Shown piece after piece: positions 48,892 through 62,509 of a stretch of DNA of 64,000 nucleotides; within the stretch, counting starts at the first letter, position 1, and each line of letters starts with the position of its first letter. The notes under the pieces were generated by a model. That model searched no databases. It was not told where the DNA came from and saw nothing but the letters and a program-made list of their open reading frames with translations. Origin of the DNA: Lingula anatina (taxonomy: Eukaryota; Animalia; Brachiopoda); NCBI GenBank assembly GCA_051362555.1, contig CM120640.1:7750001-7814000 (forward strand), given 5' to 3'. The translations under genes and the position numbers were made by a program.

Positions 48892-49268
48892 GGTCATTCC
48901 TAAACTTTTTACAAGAGTGGATGATACCGATTTAAAAATAACTTGAGGAAACAAGATGGAACTTCAAGGAATCTTAATAACCTTTATAAATACTAGAGAT
49001 GTTATGTGGCCGTGGCGAAATACGTTGTATTCAATTTTAGGGGTGTTTATCTGTGAAATGTAAGTACTTTTTCTCGGTATGTGTGTCAAATCATACACTG
49101 TCACCTGCACGCGACGCATGCCTGCAACACCTGTCTCGCTGACGCTCAAGGTGGCATCTCAAACCTATCACAAATTAGCGAAACCAAATTTACAAACACC
49201 TGTGCACAGGTGCGGGCACAGTGGTGTGATGATAACTGATTTGGACTGGGCTCGGTCAGTTAACGTGT
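48892..49268 (-). promoter_or_regulatory. Conserved upstream non-coding blocks of GH10 paralogue A
   Basis: 48892-48929 aligns to 58723-58762 and 49180-49268 aligns to 58876-58965. Contains the palindrome CACCTGTGCACAGGTG and TGATAA. Confidence 0.6.
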
Positions 49269-50876
49269 AATTTAACTAAGTATTACTATGTATTGACAGG
49301 GAATCTCTTCTACTCAGCTTACACAGTCACCGTTTGAATCAGCAGACGTCGCGTTTTAAGTACCTGAGGCGTTACTGAAGAACCTTCTCGGACATTTATT
49401 TAGTCCACTTCCAAGACCTATACAATTAAGAAGTTTTTGGCTAGTTTTTAAAGAATCTGAGTCTGTAGCATCAATCGTAGACAAGTTAAAGCAATATATG
49501 AAGGCTTAGTCTACCAAAATTAGTTCATTTTCCAACTATCTCGAAGGGGAAGGGACGCAACGATGAAAATACTGTTTCGCTTTGTTTGGCAGCTCTATTA
49601 CTCGGCTGCATGTACTGTAAATACTGCACAGACATTGAACTACTTCTTGGTTGTGGCATGTTTCGGACGTTAAACTGCATTTTTAGAGAGAAGGGAGAGT
49701 AGGGGGTACATCGGGAACTAGGGAACTAGAGAACAGTCAGGGGAGAAGGGCATCGTTCCCTCTGTGTCTCCCTTTCGGGCCCGGGGTTCACCGTCTGTGC
49801 TATATTGGAGGAAATTAGGAATTTAAATTGGATGCATTTGACACTTTCTACATGTATAGTTCAGGAGAAAAACTTGGCCTACCACAACGGTAATTCAATT
49901 ACTTTGTTCACAGCAACACTTCGTACATTTTGACAGTTTACATGGGTGAACATGGTTTATTCCATTGTCAAAATTTGATTTCTGTTTTTTTTTACGGAAG
50001 TTGTACTAATGAGGAAAATGAGAAGGTTCTGACCATGTTTCAGCACGGTGTTTCAAAGGAATCTTTGCCTTCCGTTGCCCAGATAAAAGTACGCATCCAG
50101 TAAAAACAAAGATTCATTGAAAATGTAGTGCCCTGGGTGTTTTCGTATCTTTAATGAAGAAAGTTTTTAAAATCAATAGTCATGCCCATATGATCATGTT
50201 TAAAAGGGTTAAATTTTATTTCATGTAAATTCTGAGTTTAATGAAACATGGTCAGACTTGGTCCATTTTCATATTTGCATCGGACCTTCGTCAAATTTAA
50301 CAAAATAGAATGCATTCGTCTGTATATTCTGTTTTAACATGGATGCAGTAAACGAAGGCTCGATCTACTGTTAAAAACATACCCGGATAGCCATTAAGTT
50401 TCTAATGAAAATTATACTTTAGTCGTTTTGGATGCTGGCACTTTATGCTGCTGTGTTTTGAAATCCCCACCATAATGCTGACGATTAATTGCATTCAAAT
50501 AGCAAATTTTATTTAGTTCCATTTGAAGTACGTTTTTCAAATGCATTAGTCACCACATGAGTGGTAGACAGACGCTGACATTTTAATGTTTGTGTACCAG
50601 TAGGTAACAGAAATAAAGACAACAAACAAATTAAACCATAAAGATACTTATGCTTTACTTGCCCAGAAAAGTTTTGGTTTCCATTTTCTCATCATTCTCT
50701 CAATATCACCTCAATCAAATTCATTCTGAGAGTAAAGAGAGTTAAAAATAAACAAAAGTTAAAATAAGTGATATTTCTGGTCCATACTGGTCCATATTTC
50801 CATATGGTCTGGTCCATATTTCCTCATTCCCGAGTAGTCGTTTTTTTCCAAGGAAGTGACTCTCTGGTTGAGATGT

Positions 50877-53800
50877 TCATTTCTTGGCATCAGAATTTGC
50901 AATTCTACAACATGTGACCACAGCTTTCACGCCTTGGTTGGACATGGTCCGGCGTCTGCCGTTAAATCCTATGCAGTACTCACTGCCACCCCAGGAGGCT
51001 TAAAGGAAAAAGAATTATAGATAACAAAATCATTGATCTACATTTTATCAACTGCATTAGCTTTCAAACATGCTTATTTCAAATGAAAGCAATGAAATAA
51101 AACTGAAATGTTGATAGGCCTTTCTTTCTTTATGGTAACAATATAAGTTTAAAACAAACTTGCAACAGTGTGATCTAGTTTGCATTATTTGTGTGTTTTT
51201 TTAGAGGTGCATACCTGTATATGCCCCTGCTGTTCCCCCAAAATCATTGTAGACATTGCATCCTGTGATGGTATACCCAGCATCACAGCTGATAAAAATT
51301 TTGTCACCAAGATTGCCTCCACTGCGCTCCGATATTTTGGTGACACACTCCAGTCCATTTGCTTGACAACAGGCACCAGTCCCATAAGATCCTAAAAAAC
51401 ATTAAGATGGAAAATATGTGTATGCTTCCACTGCTACCATTATTTGTCTGGAAGTGAATTTACCCCTAAGAGTGATTCGCAGACACAGTTTATATAGATA
51501 AACTGTAATATAAAAGTTGTATATTTAACCTTATCTTATATTTCCACAAAACATTCAACAGTGTCTTCTCATACATTTGCGGTTAGTTTGAACCTTTCTC
51601 TACTCTGTTATTCCAAAAAGTTTATTTTACATAGTAGAATATAAAACCAACCTCCGCGAATTCCATCATTTTGAGCAACACACGATGAGGCACTCATATC
51701 GGGGAATGATCCATCAAAGGCCATATTGTAAGCAAGGCAAGTGCACCCTAAAATTAGCAAATCATAAATCGATTGATAAGACCACGTACTCACAAAAAAA
51801 TTAAAATGAGTTGCTTTAATTAATTCTTTTATTTGCCCAAGAATCATATAGTGACTTGCAAGTAATTGTATTCTTCAAATCGATTGATATACTGTAATAT
51901 GAAAATGTATGTTGGCCCGGGGGCCGAGCTTCAGATTTAATGCGTGTCAGATTCTATTCTTCATTTTTAAATCGACACATCAATATAGCACTTACTCCAT
52001 AAGCGGGTATATACTAATATATGCATGAAAAATAAGGAAAATATCTCTCATCGGAACTGAAATCCAGGTTAATGTATTCCAGATAATATGATGAACATAG
52101 ACTATATCATATACGTAAACGTACCTGCTGGTATTTTTCCTGTGGGGCAAGGAATTGATATTTGTTCGTTCTCGCCTGTGCCTGAGGCCTGTGCTGGGGG
52201 GTAGGAGCACTGCAGGTCCACGGGTAGTTTACAGCAGCGGGCAATGGCTTGGACAGGGGCAGTGGAACCAGCACTGTTGATTGCCTTGCAAATGCGTTTT
52301 TTGGTTGAGGAATTCCATCCAAACCTTTCGCCGTCTCTGTATTCTGATTTATCCTGCAATTTCACGTAAACTGATGTAATATAATTTATCTTAGTAAAAT
52401 GATCTATCATGATTCACATGTTTTTCTTTATATCTATTTTTCTTTTAAATGTTTTTTGGCTTTTGTTTTTTTTTCTTTTCATGCGAGAGCACCAACATAG
52501 TTCAGACAAAAGCACTGCAATTCTTCTGATTAATGGTCATTTTTTTAATACAAAACTCACAATAGTTCTTGAGGAACATCCTGTCATGATTTCACCATCA
52601 GCACATGGAACTGTAATAGTTTCCCCGTTACCAATGCCGGATTTTGCAGACCATCTACTGACACAACTTAGACCTGACCCTGCTTGCAAGTTGACAGTTG
52701 CACCTTCCTTTCCAACTGAGACCTTTTTCTCCAAAACCGCTTCTCCATTGTGCAAAACCTTTATGGTATAGTCCCCCATGAACCCTATAATATAAAAATT
52801 GGCACGTTCTTTGTTTGCAAAAGACTTACTTTATTCTAAACCAGAATAGCACTCAGTAAGCGCAGACCTTGACCAAGACAGATAATTAACTAAAAATTTA
52901 CCATTGATTAATTTCTGACCTATCCCAAAAATGTCACATTACCCCTAAGAGCTAGGGAAGAGAACTGAGATGTCGGCTTGATAACTTCCTTCGTTCGCCA
53001 TGTCTTCTTTATCAATTGCTGGATCCTGTTCCCCGCCTCATTGACCTGATTAACAGCAGAGTTTAGTAAATAAAATTAGGAAGTTAAATGCGAGGGGATA
53101 TGCCATGTTCAACAGTAGTTGTGAGATAGCAGACTGAAACGACCCTCTACCAGGGCGACAGATTGATTTTCCACAGGTATTTACAGATATGTCTCAAGAT
53201 AAATAGACAGTCATTTTGGACTGATGTCGCCTCAGCAAAAAATGTCCATAATAATAACTGCGACCCTGGTAGAGGGTAGACTGAAACTACGTTACCTGAA
53301 AATCGTCTCCGAGTCCAGCCGCCAGATTTGTGTCCTCCCTCCACGGTCTTCCGTTATCGTGCCACACCCAAAGCATTATCCCCTCAACTGCAGGGTGACT
53401 GAACAGGTACGTCAGCACATCCTCATAATAGTCTCCCCTGTCGTTAATATCGGCGGCCTCTATGTCCAGCTCTGTGATCCAAACTGGGAGACCAGTCGTG
53501 GCTAGTTTGTCCAAGTTTTCCTATCAATGTAATGTTAGTAGTACATGTAATTCAGTGCCATAATGGAAGCCGTGTAAAATTTGAGAAACCAACGTTTGAC
53601 ATATGAAATTATAAAAAGGCATTTGAATGGAGCCTAGTCTGAATTTCCGTACAAAAAAACTTGTCAGCACGACTGTTACAAAACTCTATGGCATAATAAA
53701 TATCGTTACTACCTTAATTTTCAAAATGTCTGGCGGTCCGGGTTTAAGATGTCCCTGTACTCCGATACCATGCAGAGGAAGTCCTTTAGACTTGTACAGT

Positions 53801-56800
53801 TCTACCATGTCGACATATGCCTGAAAAGTATTCAACGCGGCACCGTTTATCGAATTCACTTGTGTCACATTAGTAGTGATTTTACCAGTATGTGTGTATT
53901 GTTGACAATTTGCCGTTAAAAAAAGGACTCATGCGTAAAATGTATATCAGTAATTGAAGCTTAAAGAATGAATCAATTGACCACTTACGTCGGTGGTAGT
54001 CCCGCTGCTGATTACGTTAAACTCGTTAAAAAATAGTTTCACGTCAGGGTCAATGGCAGAAATGTTCTGAAACATGGTCTCTGTGAGAAACCTGTCTCCA
54101 GTGTTTTGTTCAAACCAGTCTCCATGTCCAGCGATGATCTCATTGTTCACATCCCAGTGACTCAAACTGCGTAGATGGAATATAAATAACGAAAGTTTTT
54201 AACATTTACAAACGGATTAGACATTTCTTCTTCGATTAAACGATTTTTCTAAGGAACGATTGTTTAAATTAAATTGCATTAAATTCAAAATTGAATTTAC
54301 TCCTTAATCAATTAATAGTGTAGCGCCCACTTGGAACACAAAAAAGATAGAACGCCAATTCTTATAACCAATAAATAACAAAATAAATAAATAATAATAA
54401 TAATAACAAATTGCGATGGCACTCACCTCCCTTTAAACGCAGAGACGACCCCTTTAACCCGAGTGTCTACCTCTGCCTTAACCTCCTCTGCTGACATATC
54501 TTTAAGCCAGTATGGAACATTTTTCTCCACACCCCAAACGACATTATGTCCTCGTATCTTCTTGCTGGAATAACAAATAACCTTATTAACAACAACAAAA
54601 AATGTCAATAATAGATTGGAATTAATTATCTTTTTGTTTTCATGGTGCCGTTGTCTAAAAGGAGACTTTTACTAAGGTACATACACCACATAAACAAAAA
54701 ACTATATTTGGTTTATTTATTTTTGTAAGTTTTTTGTACGTTAAATCGAGAAACAAATACATGGCTCAAGGGTGAAAACAATTGATCTTACCCCATCTTC
54801 AAGAGCTCGGCGACTGTTTGTGTGGGTGTTTCGTAATCAAGGGAATCCTGGCAAAAGAAATAAGGTTTAATTATTACTGCAGGACAAAGCTTATTATTTA
54901 AGGGTATTTCAATTTTGTTCAGGCGAAAAAGACATTGAGCATGCCATCGGTACAGAAATAAGCCTCTAGTATATGAAAGATATATCTTTGTTTTCTGTCA
55001 GTTGTACTCCTCTTTGACTTAATTATTTTTGGTATTGCCAACCTTATGCCACTGCATCATCCTCCATTTCATTGCGTTTGATATGGTGGTCCAGTCCCAC
55101 ATCTCACTCACAAAGTCACGATACTTTTGCTCATTTTCACCTAGAATAAGATCTGCTTTGACCATAGCACCAAATGGAAACTCACTGCTTTCTTGTTGCA
55201 CCTGCAGGAGATGAACAATCATCTGATGTTCCTAACGGATACGTTCAAGTTTTTTTTTCTATTACCAAGACTAACTTTACCATTGACAGCGACTTTCATA
55301 ATTTCCTTGAATATTGCAATAAAATTTCAAGAAGGTCAAAGATTCCTCGTACCTGAATTTCTGTGTCATTTAAATGGTATTCATCCCCAATGAACGTACT
55401 GAAATAAGAAAAAGAGTGTCAAAAAACCTCTTTTGTTTTAATTATAAAGTTTTTATTTCTGTGTCATAATTTGCTAAGAAATACTCAAAACAACTGCTAA
55501 ATAATTCAAATAATATCACGATAACTAATAAAATAATCACAATCGCCATTAGAATCATAACCATACTCGAGGATGATATCAGCCATTCTGTTTTGCTGGA
55601 TTTTTTCCTCGGCTTCATCTTTCCAAGTGTCACTCATTTCTGGGATCAGTTTCATAGATACGCTGTCAACGAGGAAGGACACAGCCGGATCAGGGCCTCT
55701 GAAGTAGATAGCAAAGTACTCCACATCTGAAAGGAAGGGTAAAGAAAACATGTGACTAAATTTCCAACCTTGACACTGAAGTACCAGTAGGACTACATTA
55801 TGCGTGAAACTATGGATAGTTTCGAGTAGAATTTGAGTAAAGTAAGGAAAAAAATATTTTTGTCGTGAATAGTAGCAGCGCTATAGCAATATGAATCAGT
55901 CAGGTAGTAGGGGCGAGTATATGCCACTGTGCTGTGAAATGACTAATAATGTATAACAATATAACGAAAAATCCAATAATTATCTAATTCTCGTTAGTTG
56001 GCTGTACCTTGGTCAGGTGCCCTGAACGAGCCTCCAACTTTTTTCCAGCCATCTGCCGTTGTCAAGTATGGACCGTTTCCAATCTTGTGCCATCTTTTAG
56101 TCCCTTTACATGAAAAAGTTGGTTTTATTTTTAAAGAAAAAAAAAGAAAAAAAAAAAGAATGGTAATTAGCAATGGTGTGGTGAAAGTAGGATTTGAATA
56201 CAGGTTTACTCTAATTGTGTTAGATGTGACGTAAACAGGTAGCACTGTACTTCTCCATCACATTTTATAGGTTTTCACACCTAAATCAATCACACTGATT
56301 TTCTAAACAGAATGAGGTTCACACATATAAAACCACAGCCAACAGACTCCACAGAGAACAAATAAAAACAATTTCACACTATAGTAGCATAAAGAACGGT
56401 AACTGAAAGTGCATGTTTGATAGGGGGTAGTAAACCCGGTCATGATGGAAGTTACTTCAAATCTTACCGTCTGTGAAGATGATATTTCTCCACACCTCTA
56501 CTCTGGTATGAACTGATCCCTCTTCGTCATTCAATAACTTGACATAGGACTCGACTTCATAAAATGCATTTTTGGTAACACTTAGTGCTTGGCGGGGTCC
56601 AGCATATTCAGCTACCCTGTTATAAAATTCATATAAACTTCAAGATGGCTTTGTTCAATATGCATCAAATAAAGATAAGATACTATTATATCGACAACTG
56701 GCATGTTTATTTTGAAATGCTTCATATCAAACAACAATAATTTGAAAAAAGAAGGAGAAAACGGAGGCACTACGGTGACATGAATACGTCCGGTTAATCA

Positions 56801-58475
56801 ATATGGCACCTGGCTTTTGCAATTTTGCCGACAAGATTATAATCGAAAGAAATGATAAAACTTTTTGAAATCTGTTTGTCAAAAAGTGGCTCAGTGGTTA
56901 CTATGGGATGGTCACTTTGCACTCCAAAGACCCCACTATTACTAGTGACGTCCAGTGTTATTGGACAATTTATTTTGATCCAGTGATAAGACACGGGCAC
57001 TGCATTAAAAAAGTAAAATATATGAATTATTTCATTTAAATACTAATTTAACTACGCCATTAGGTTTTGGAGATAGAAATCAAATTATCTGAAGTGTGAC
57101 AATGGCGAATAGAGGTCCGGGTAGGTACACAGAAACTACGTCAACCATGTCTATCGAGAAAAAACCATTACTTGACGTTCACTTATGAAATAAAATCTTG
57201 CTACATCTTTACGGTGGCGTCACTTCGTTGATATATCCTTTACGGCTGATACACAAACCAGCGATCATGCTTTTACCACGTGCAAGTGATGGAAATGTGG
57301 CCGATGTCGTTATCAAAACCCTTATACATTTTTCCTGTCGCCATTGCACGATAAACTCTCGTCTTCAATTAAGTGTCTGAAAATATATTTCGGAACACAC
57401 TCACGATATGCGTGTTTATATGTACATTTTGTTACAAACGCGTCCATCTTCCCTGTTGTATCCTAGAGCGATTCGTCACCTAAAAGCAACCTACCTCCAG
57501 TCCTGTTCTCTGTCTTCTTTCGTGAGAGATCAAATATTTGTCAGAATTAAATTAGTTAATAACCCAATAGTATAGGTTTGCTTCGAACAAGCCGATGGAG
57601 TGATATGAAGGGAGGGGAGGGGGAGGGTGCAGTTCAAAATTAAAGGTTTTTAATGTGTCTACATAGTTCTCTCGAGGAGCCGAGCCGCACATATACAGCG
57701 CATTCAAAGCTGACGCGAGAACTTTCAGAAGATCCCATTTTAAATTTTACGCCAGTGTTTTCTTACGTTAAATTGATAATTTATTTCTTTAAGAAGTTTG
57801 ATATTTTATACGTACACATACACCTTGTTACTGATTTGCGTCCCAAGAAACATACCACATCCTGGAATTCCTGGTATTTGCACTTTTTTAAATAAAATTT
57901 CCTACATGTACCATATTCACAAAACGAGCCATCACATCAAACAGTTGTGCTAGGAACATTGACCTCAGTTTCCGTATTATTTCTGGGACCAAGGTACATA
58001 TCAAACTTCACATCAGACATATACAACTTAAACATATTTATCAGTGTAACACGGTTTAATTTCACAACGTGAGAAAATATATTCTCAAATACCAAAATCT
58101 TTTTAGTGTCTTGAAGAACATATTGCGTTCATTTCTGACTTATCCATATATAGGCTTTATTTAAAGCAGATTCTGTATTCTTAAGACTGCGGGTGGAGCA
58201 GGGTAGTTTTACATTTTTATTGAGTTGGAAAATTTTAGTTGCGTTTAAAAAATAAATAAATAAATGTACCTGTTTTCCACTTTCAGTGCATATGTTCCTC
58301 CGTGACTGTCTTGTACACGTGTCATACTGCACCCTCTACACTCCCAAAACGCCGTGTACCCCTCCTCTTCAAACCCGCCATGCTGTATGAGTTCTTCAGC
58401 AAAAATATATGCGTGCATAAAAACTAACACAACTAATGTACGAACAACGGTCATGTTTTCAGTGTTGAATGGCAT
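50877..58475 (-). CDS. Secreted GH10 glycoside hydrolase with CBM4/9-like and PCSK9-like C-terminal domains; paralogue B, 17 exons, about 816-823 aa
   Basis: Exons 58475(or ATG 58454)-58270, 56616-56468, 56103-56008, 55726-55567, 55398-55353, 55201-55043, 54847-54792, 54564-54427, 54166-53989, 53820-53713, 53520-53296, 53045-52943, 52784-52561, 52353-52125, 51747-51652, 51391-51215, 50998-50877. Intron positions and phases match paralogue A. Motifs NAMKW, IRGHNVVW, HWDVNNE, GIGVQGH, VWITELD; ends VKAVVTCCRIANSDAKK-stop. Confidence 0.93.
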
Positions 58476-58503
58476 CTATTTAGCGTTACGACAGGATCAG
58501 GGC

Positions 58504-58513
58504 TTTATATATA
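58504..58513 (-). promoter_or_regulatory. TATA box of GH10 paralogue B
   Basis: TATATATAAA on the - strand, about 30 bp upstream of the first ATG and about 50 bp upstream of the second. Confidence 0.6.
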
Positions 58514-58722
58514 CAGTGGCAGAGACGACTGATTACATGTTAACGGACTCAAATCAGTTTCAATCTAAGGATCTACCACAATATTTTCCGCACGAAGATA
58601 GCTAGAGAGACCATATAATCACGGTGACATAACAGACTGACGTGGGATCAGGAAAGATGACTTCTTTGTACCATAGACGAATTATACCGGTAATTCGTCC
58701 AGTTTAGACTATCCATGTTTTG

Positions 58723-58965
58723 GGTCATTCTTAAACTTTTTTTACAAAAGTAGTTGATACCGGTGCAAATATCACAGGTTTAAATAAAGTCCAGACTCAA
58801 AGGGACAAGGTGTAATTTCAGTGAATCATAAAATTAATAACCAACGTAAAAATCACCCGCTATCAACCCGCGCCTGAAACCAAATTAACAAGCACCTGCG
58901 CACAGGTGCGGGTACATTGATGACATGATAACTGAATACAACTAGGCTTTGTCAGTCAACACGTA
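58723..58965 (-). promoter_or_regulatory. Conserved upstream non-coding blocks of GH10 paralogue B
   Basis: GGTCATTCTTAAACTTTT..TACAA and GAAACCAAATT-ACAA-CACCTGCGCACAGGTGCGGG..ATGATAACTGA..GTCAGT-AAC are shared with the paralogue A upstream region. Confidence 0.6.
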
Positions 58966-59012
58966 TTCCCCAACACAACAATATAATTGTCACTGTAAAC
59001 TGTAAATGTTAA

Positions 59013-59352
59013 AGGGATAATAACTCTTCGTTTTGGACAAAAAATGGATTTTCCTGGAGTAAACAACAATTTTCCCATACTTACCAATGGTTAATGAATC
59101 CATTTTTACATTCAAAGTTAGTCCCTGGTTTTTTTTTTCTAAAAAGTTTGGTTTTTTGTTTAAATCTCTTAAGAGATTATAACAGAGTATAGCCGTCAAT
59201 GGAGGTCACGTGGTCTGAAGACAAGCTCAGATATCAGAATAACAGCTATAACTGCCTTTTTTGTGGTAAAACAGAATATATTATATTTCTATGAGTTGTT
59301 TACAATGTTTTTATTGTGAAATATAGATCTCATACGAAGAGTTATTATCCCT
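59013..59352. mobile_element. Kolobok-like MITE with TTAA target duplication
   Basis: Perfect 19-bp TIRs AGGGATAATAACTCTTCGT / ACGAAGAGTTATTATCCCT flanked by TTAA on both sides (59009-59012, 59353-59356). Confidence 0.85.
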
Positions 59353-62193
59353 TTAATAGATGCGATCACCGCCAGCGTTAGGAAATGGCAGAGGTCGCGT
59401 TTCTAGCTGACTACGGTAGGTACTACAGGCAGGACCTTCTCGAGCTAGTTCCCCCCCCCCCCCCCCCCCCCTCGCAAGTGGAGCTTTGAAGAAGAAGAGC
59501 TCTTTTTAAAGCTTTAAAAATGGTTGTGTGCTTTGAAATTCTAGCTGGTTAAGTACACATTTAAAAAAGTTCTTTTGTTATATAATATTAGAGGGCTTTG
59601 AATTATGGTGTATCATGAAGTCTTAAAGATATTGGGGTAAAACAGACAATACCTTTCTTTGGTTAGTTCTCGATGTCGTATATTACCACTTCATAATGAC
59701 TGTCTCTGTCATTTACGTTGGTTTGTTTCGAGATGGAAGCGATGTACAGCCCATGGTGGGCCTTCGTGCCGTAAACGACTCCCTTGTAAAATGATATAAG
59801 AAGACTATAGTTGTGGAAAACATCTATTTTTTATTTTCATTTCACTAATTCTACAAGACATTAGTGTACAAAGACATGACCATGTTGATGAGAAAAATAT
59901 TACATTTCAGTGTTATCACATTGAACTGTCCAAAAACTAGGACACTCGTGTAAAAGAGGTGATTAATATGTGCAGTAACCAATCAAAAAACACCTTCCTG
60001 CCTAGTCTACAGTGCAGTAACCAATCAGAGACCACACACCACGCAGAAATCCATTCGGTTCACCTCGGCTGATTCCGTACATCCAATCATACTGCACTGA
60101 TGAGGTAGGAATCACTCGGGGCTGGCCAAATGGCAGAAATCGCTACTACGTCAACACGAGAACATTCCGACAGTTTGTGCTTTGGGATAAAGAAATGTAA
60201 TTACAAAATCTTCAAACAAATCTTACTTACAATGGTTTTAATATTCTCCTACTGTATGTTATTTGAGAAGTACGCTGTGTACCCGAAGTGAACAGCTTGG
60301 TGTAACAGAGTCTACTTGTGCCCATATTAGATATATGATTTTTTTCATAATTTCTCGGTTTTAATGCTGTTCAACCAAAGGTACAGCCTTACTTTTCAAA
60401 ACAGATGCAAACTGTACAGAAAGGATGACTTTGGTCAAAAAAGAGTATAGTAACTATACAACCACCTTCTTGAACAAATAAAGTATGAATACTTGTGTAA
60501 GAACTCCCAATGTACACAGTATATAATGCAAATTATCTTGACCAATACATCTTTCTCCCCTCAAGGATTATGTAATTTGTCTAAAATCAAAAGAAAAAAG
60601 GTTGTGTCCAAACTCTGCCTTCTAGTTATCCCTTGTCTTCATCTGTGTAAATGATAGAGTATCAGCTATACAGTGTTTATCTACTGAACAATGTAGTCAT
60701 GTTCATCAATCTCAAACAGTAATTATATATATCGATCAACTGGCTCTTGCCTGCTTCTCTTTTAAGGGTTTATAGTTTTCACAACCATAAAATTCATGCA
60801 CTATCATCAGACTGTTCAGTTTATGGGAAACAGAATATCAACAGATTTCTACAAAACTTGAGAGACAGCTATAAATAATTGCATAAGATAAATATCACAC
60901 TAACTTTAAAATGAGCTCTCCTGTTAGTGCTTATAACCAATTAAATACAAAAACGCAACACCTTCTGCCTAACAGATCATTTTAATTCCAGTTTTTCACA
61001 ACTGTATAAAATCAACTAAAAGCAAAATCAAATAAAGAAACAGCCTCTAGAAGTCATCCAAATATTTACATGCCTACCTGGGAATTGTTCTTTTTTCCTT
61101 TCAATTACTTCAAAGCATTAATAAGAGAATTTTTTAACAACCTGTGGCTTCTAGAAAGTAGCATGTTTTCAACTGGTGATATTGCACATTCAAGCAAAAA
61201 TCTTGGAATAAAATAGACTACTTTCTTAACTAAATGGCTTAAATTAAGTCACACTATGGCAGGGTTTTTACATTACCACCAAGGTGCAATTGATTACATG
61301 TGATGCAATTAAAAAACTATTTGGTATTGCTAAAAAAGAAAGTGTCAAAAATGATTGTGTTAGTTGTCCTAAGTGCTATCAATTACATTAGTTGTGACTG
61401 GTTGCTCACTTTCTGTTGGAGCTGTGACATAATATTCAATTTAAAGATCACCTTAAATAAATCTAACTATATAAAAATCACCACATAAAAGAAACAATAA
61501 AAGTGTTTTGAAAAAAAAAATGAAGCACTGATAATTCTGTCCTATTCAAACTAAAGGGCACCTAGCAGTCAAAGTGATCAGTGATATAGCACCTTGCAAA
61601 TGTACATATGCATAGATATCAACTTGGCCAACTGTGCACTGCAGACACAGTTCAACACAATCCTAGCAAAGTGATGTCTTGTACAACAGACAAATCTTCC
61701 AATCTAGAAGAGTATAAAGATCAAAGAGCTTATCAAAATACTGGTAATTAAGCCATGATGGCTGCATATCGTTATACGCTACAAAGTCCACATCCAAAAA
61801 TACTTTTTGTACTGAAATTTGTTTCATCAATAATAAATGCTGCTCAGGTTATTGTAGTTCACACCAGTGCTTCAAGTATAAGCAGAATTAATCAAGGGTA
61901 ATGAGAACACTCCCCCAGAGCATTACAAATTAAGTTTTTTCATCATTCAGTTTAAATATGAACAAAAAGATAGGTGGCATAAAGTATAATGTGACCACGT
62001 TAGGAAATGTGAAGCAGTAGGCTCTGTGAGGAGGTAGCACTGTTAATTTTCTTTATACTTCAAAGTTTGTAGTTTACTATAAATGCAGATGAGATTATAA
62101 TCACTCAAACTGGGCCACAACTAAAGATGTCTTGACTCAAATTGGCCAATCCCTCTCCTTTTTTCTCTCTCTGTACGTTGATATGGCTCTAGA

Positions 62194-62252
62194 CTACAAT
62201 CTCTTCTTCATGGGAGGTGGTGCAGTGTTTTCAAAGTTGACTTCAATAGGGA
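62194..62252 (-). CDS. Probable terminal coding exon of an unidentified gene extending beyond the window
   Basis: Strong acceptor TATTGCTTTTCAG, then (x)PIEVNFENTAPPPMKKRL-TAG ending in an NLS-like motif, followed by UTR-like sequence. No upstream exon identified. Confidence 0.45.
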
Positions 62253-62509
62253 CTGAAAAGCAATACAGAACTTAAGTCATCGATTTTTACACGCATATAC
62301 AAATACATGGCTCAATTTAAGCTTCTAAGGATCATTATCTTCATATGTAGATATACAATAATAAAAATATCAATTTGAAACTGAATATTTTAAAATAAAA
62401 CCATAAAATAATTGTTTCAGCAGCAACAAAATACAAATACAACCATGCCAATACATTAAACAGTGTAGCCATGCACCAAATAAGAGGAACAATAAGAAAG
62501 TCACATAGA

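Noticed and set aside
50020-50410. Possible Crypton-like or other decayed repeat
   Set aside because: Only short inverted matches (GACCATGTTTCA / TGAAACATGGTC). Boundaries and family cannot be supported.
52840-52930. HINE remnant in paralogue B intron 12 as the ancestor of the large insertion in paralogue A
   Set aside because: It resembles the short 19210/47128 family, not the TACCACCAGC family, so it is an independent insertion.
17880-58475. Bacterial contamination or recent horizontal transfer of pepM and GH10
   Set aside because: All genes have many canonical introns and host-like composition. Any transfer would be ancient and cannot be judged without phylogeny.
59969-60090. Repeated GTGCAGTAACCAATCA / CCAAT boxes suggesting a promoter
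   Set aside because: No adjacent first exon was found, and such motifs are common in decayed non-autonomous transposons.
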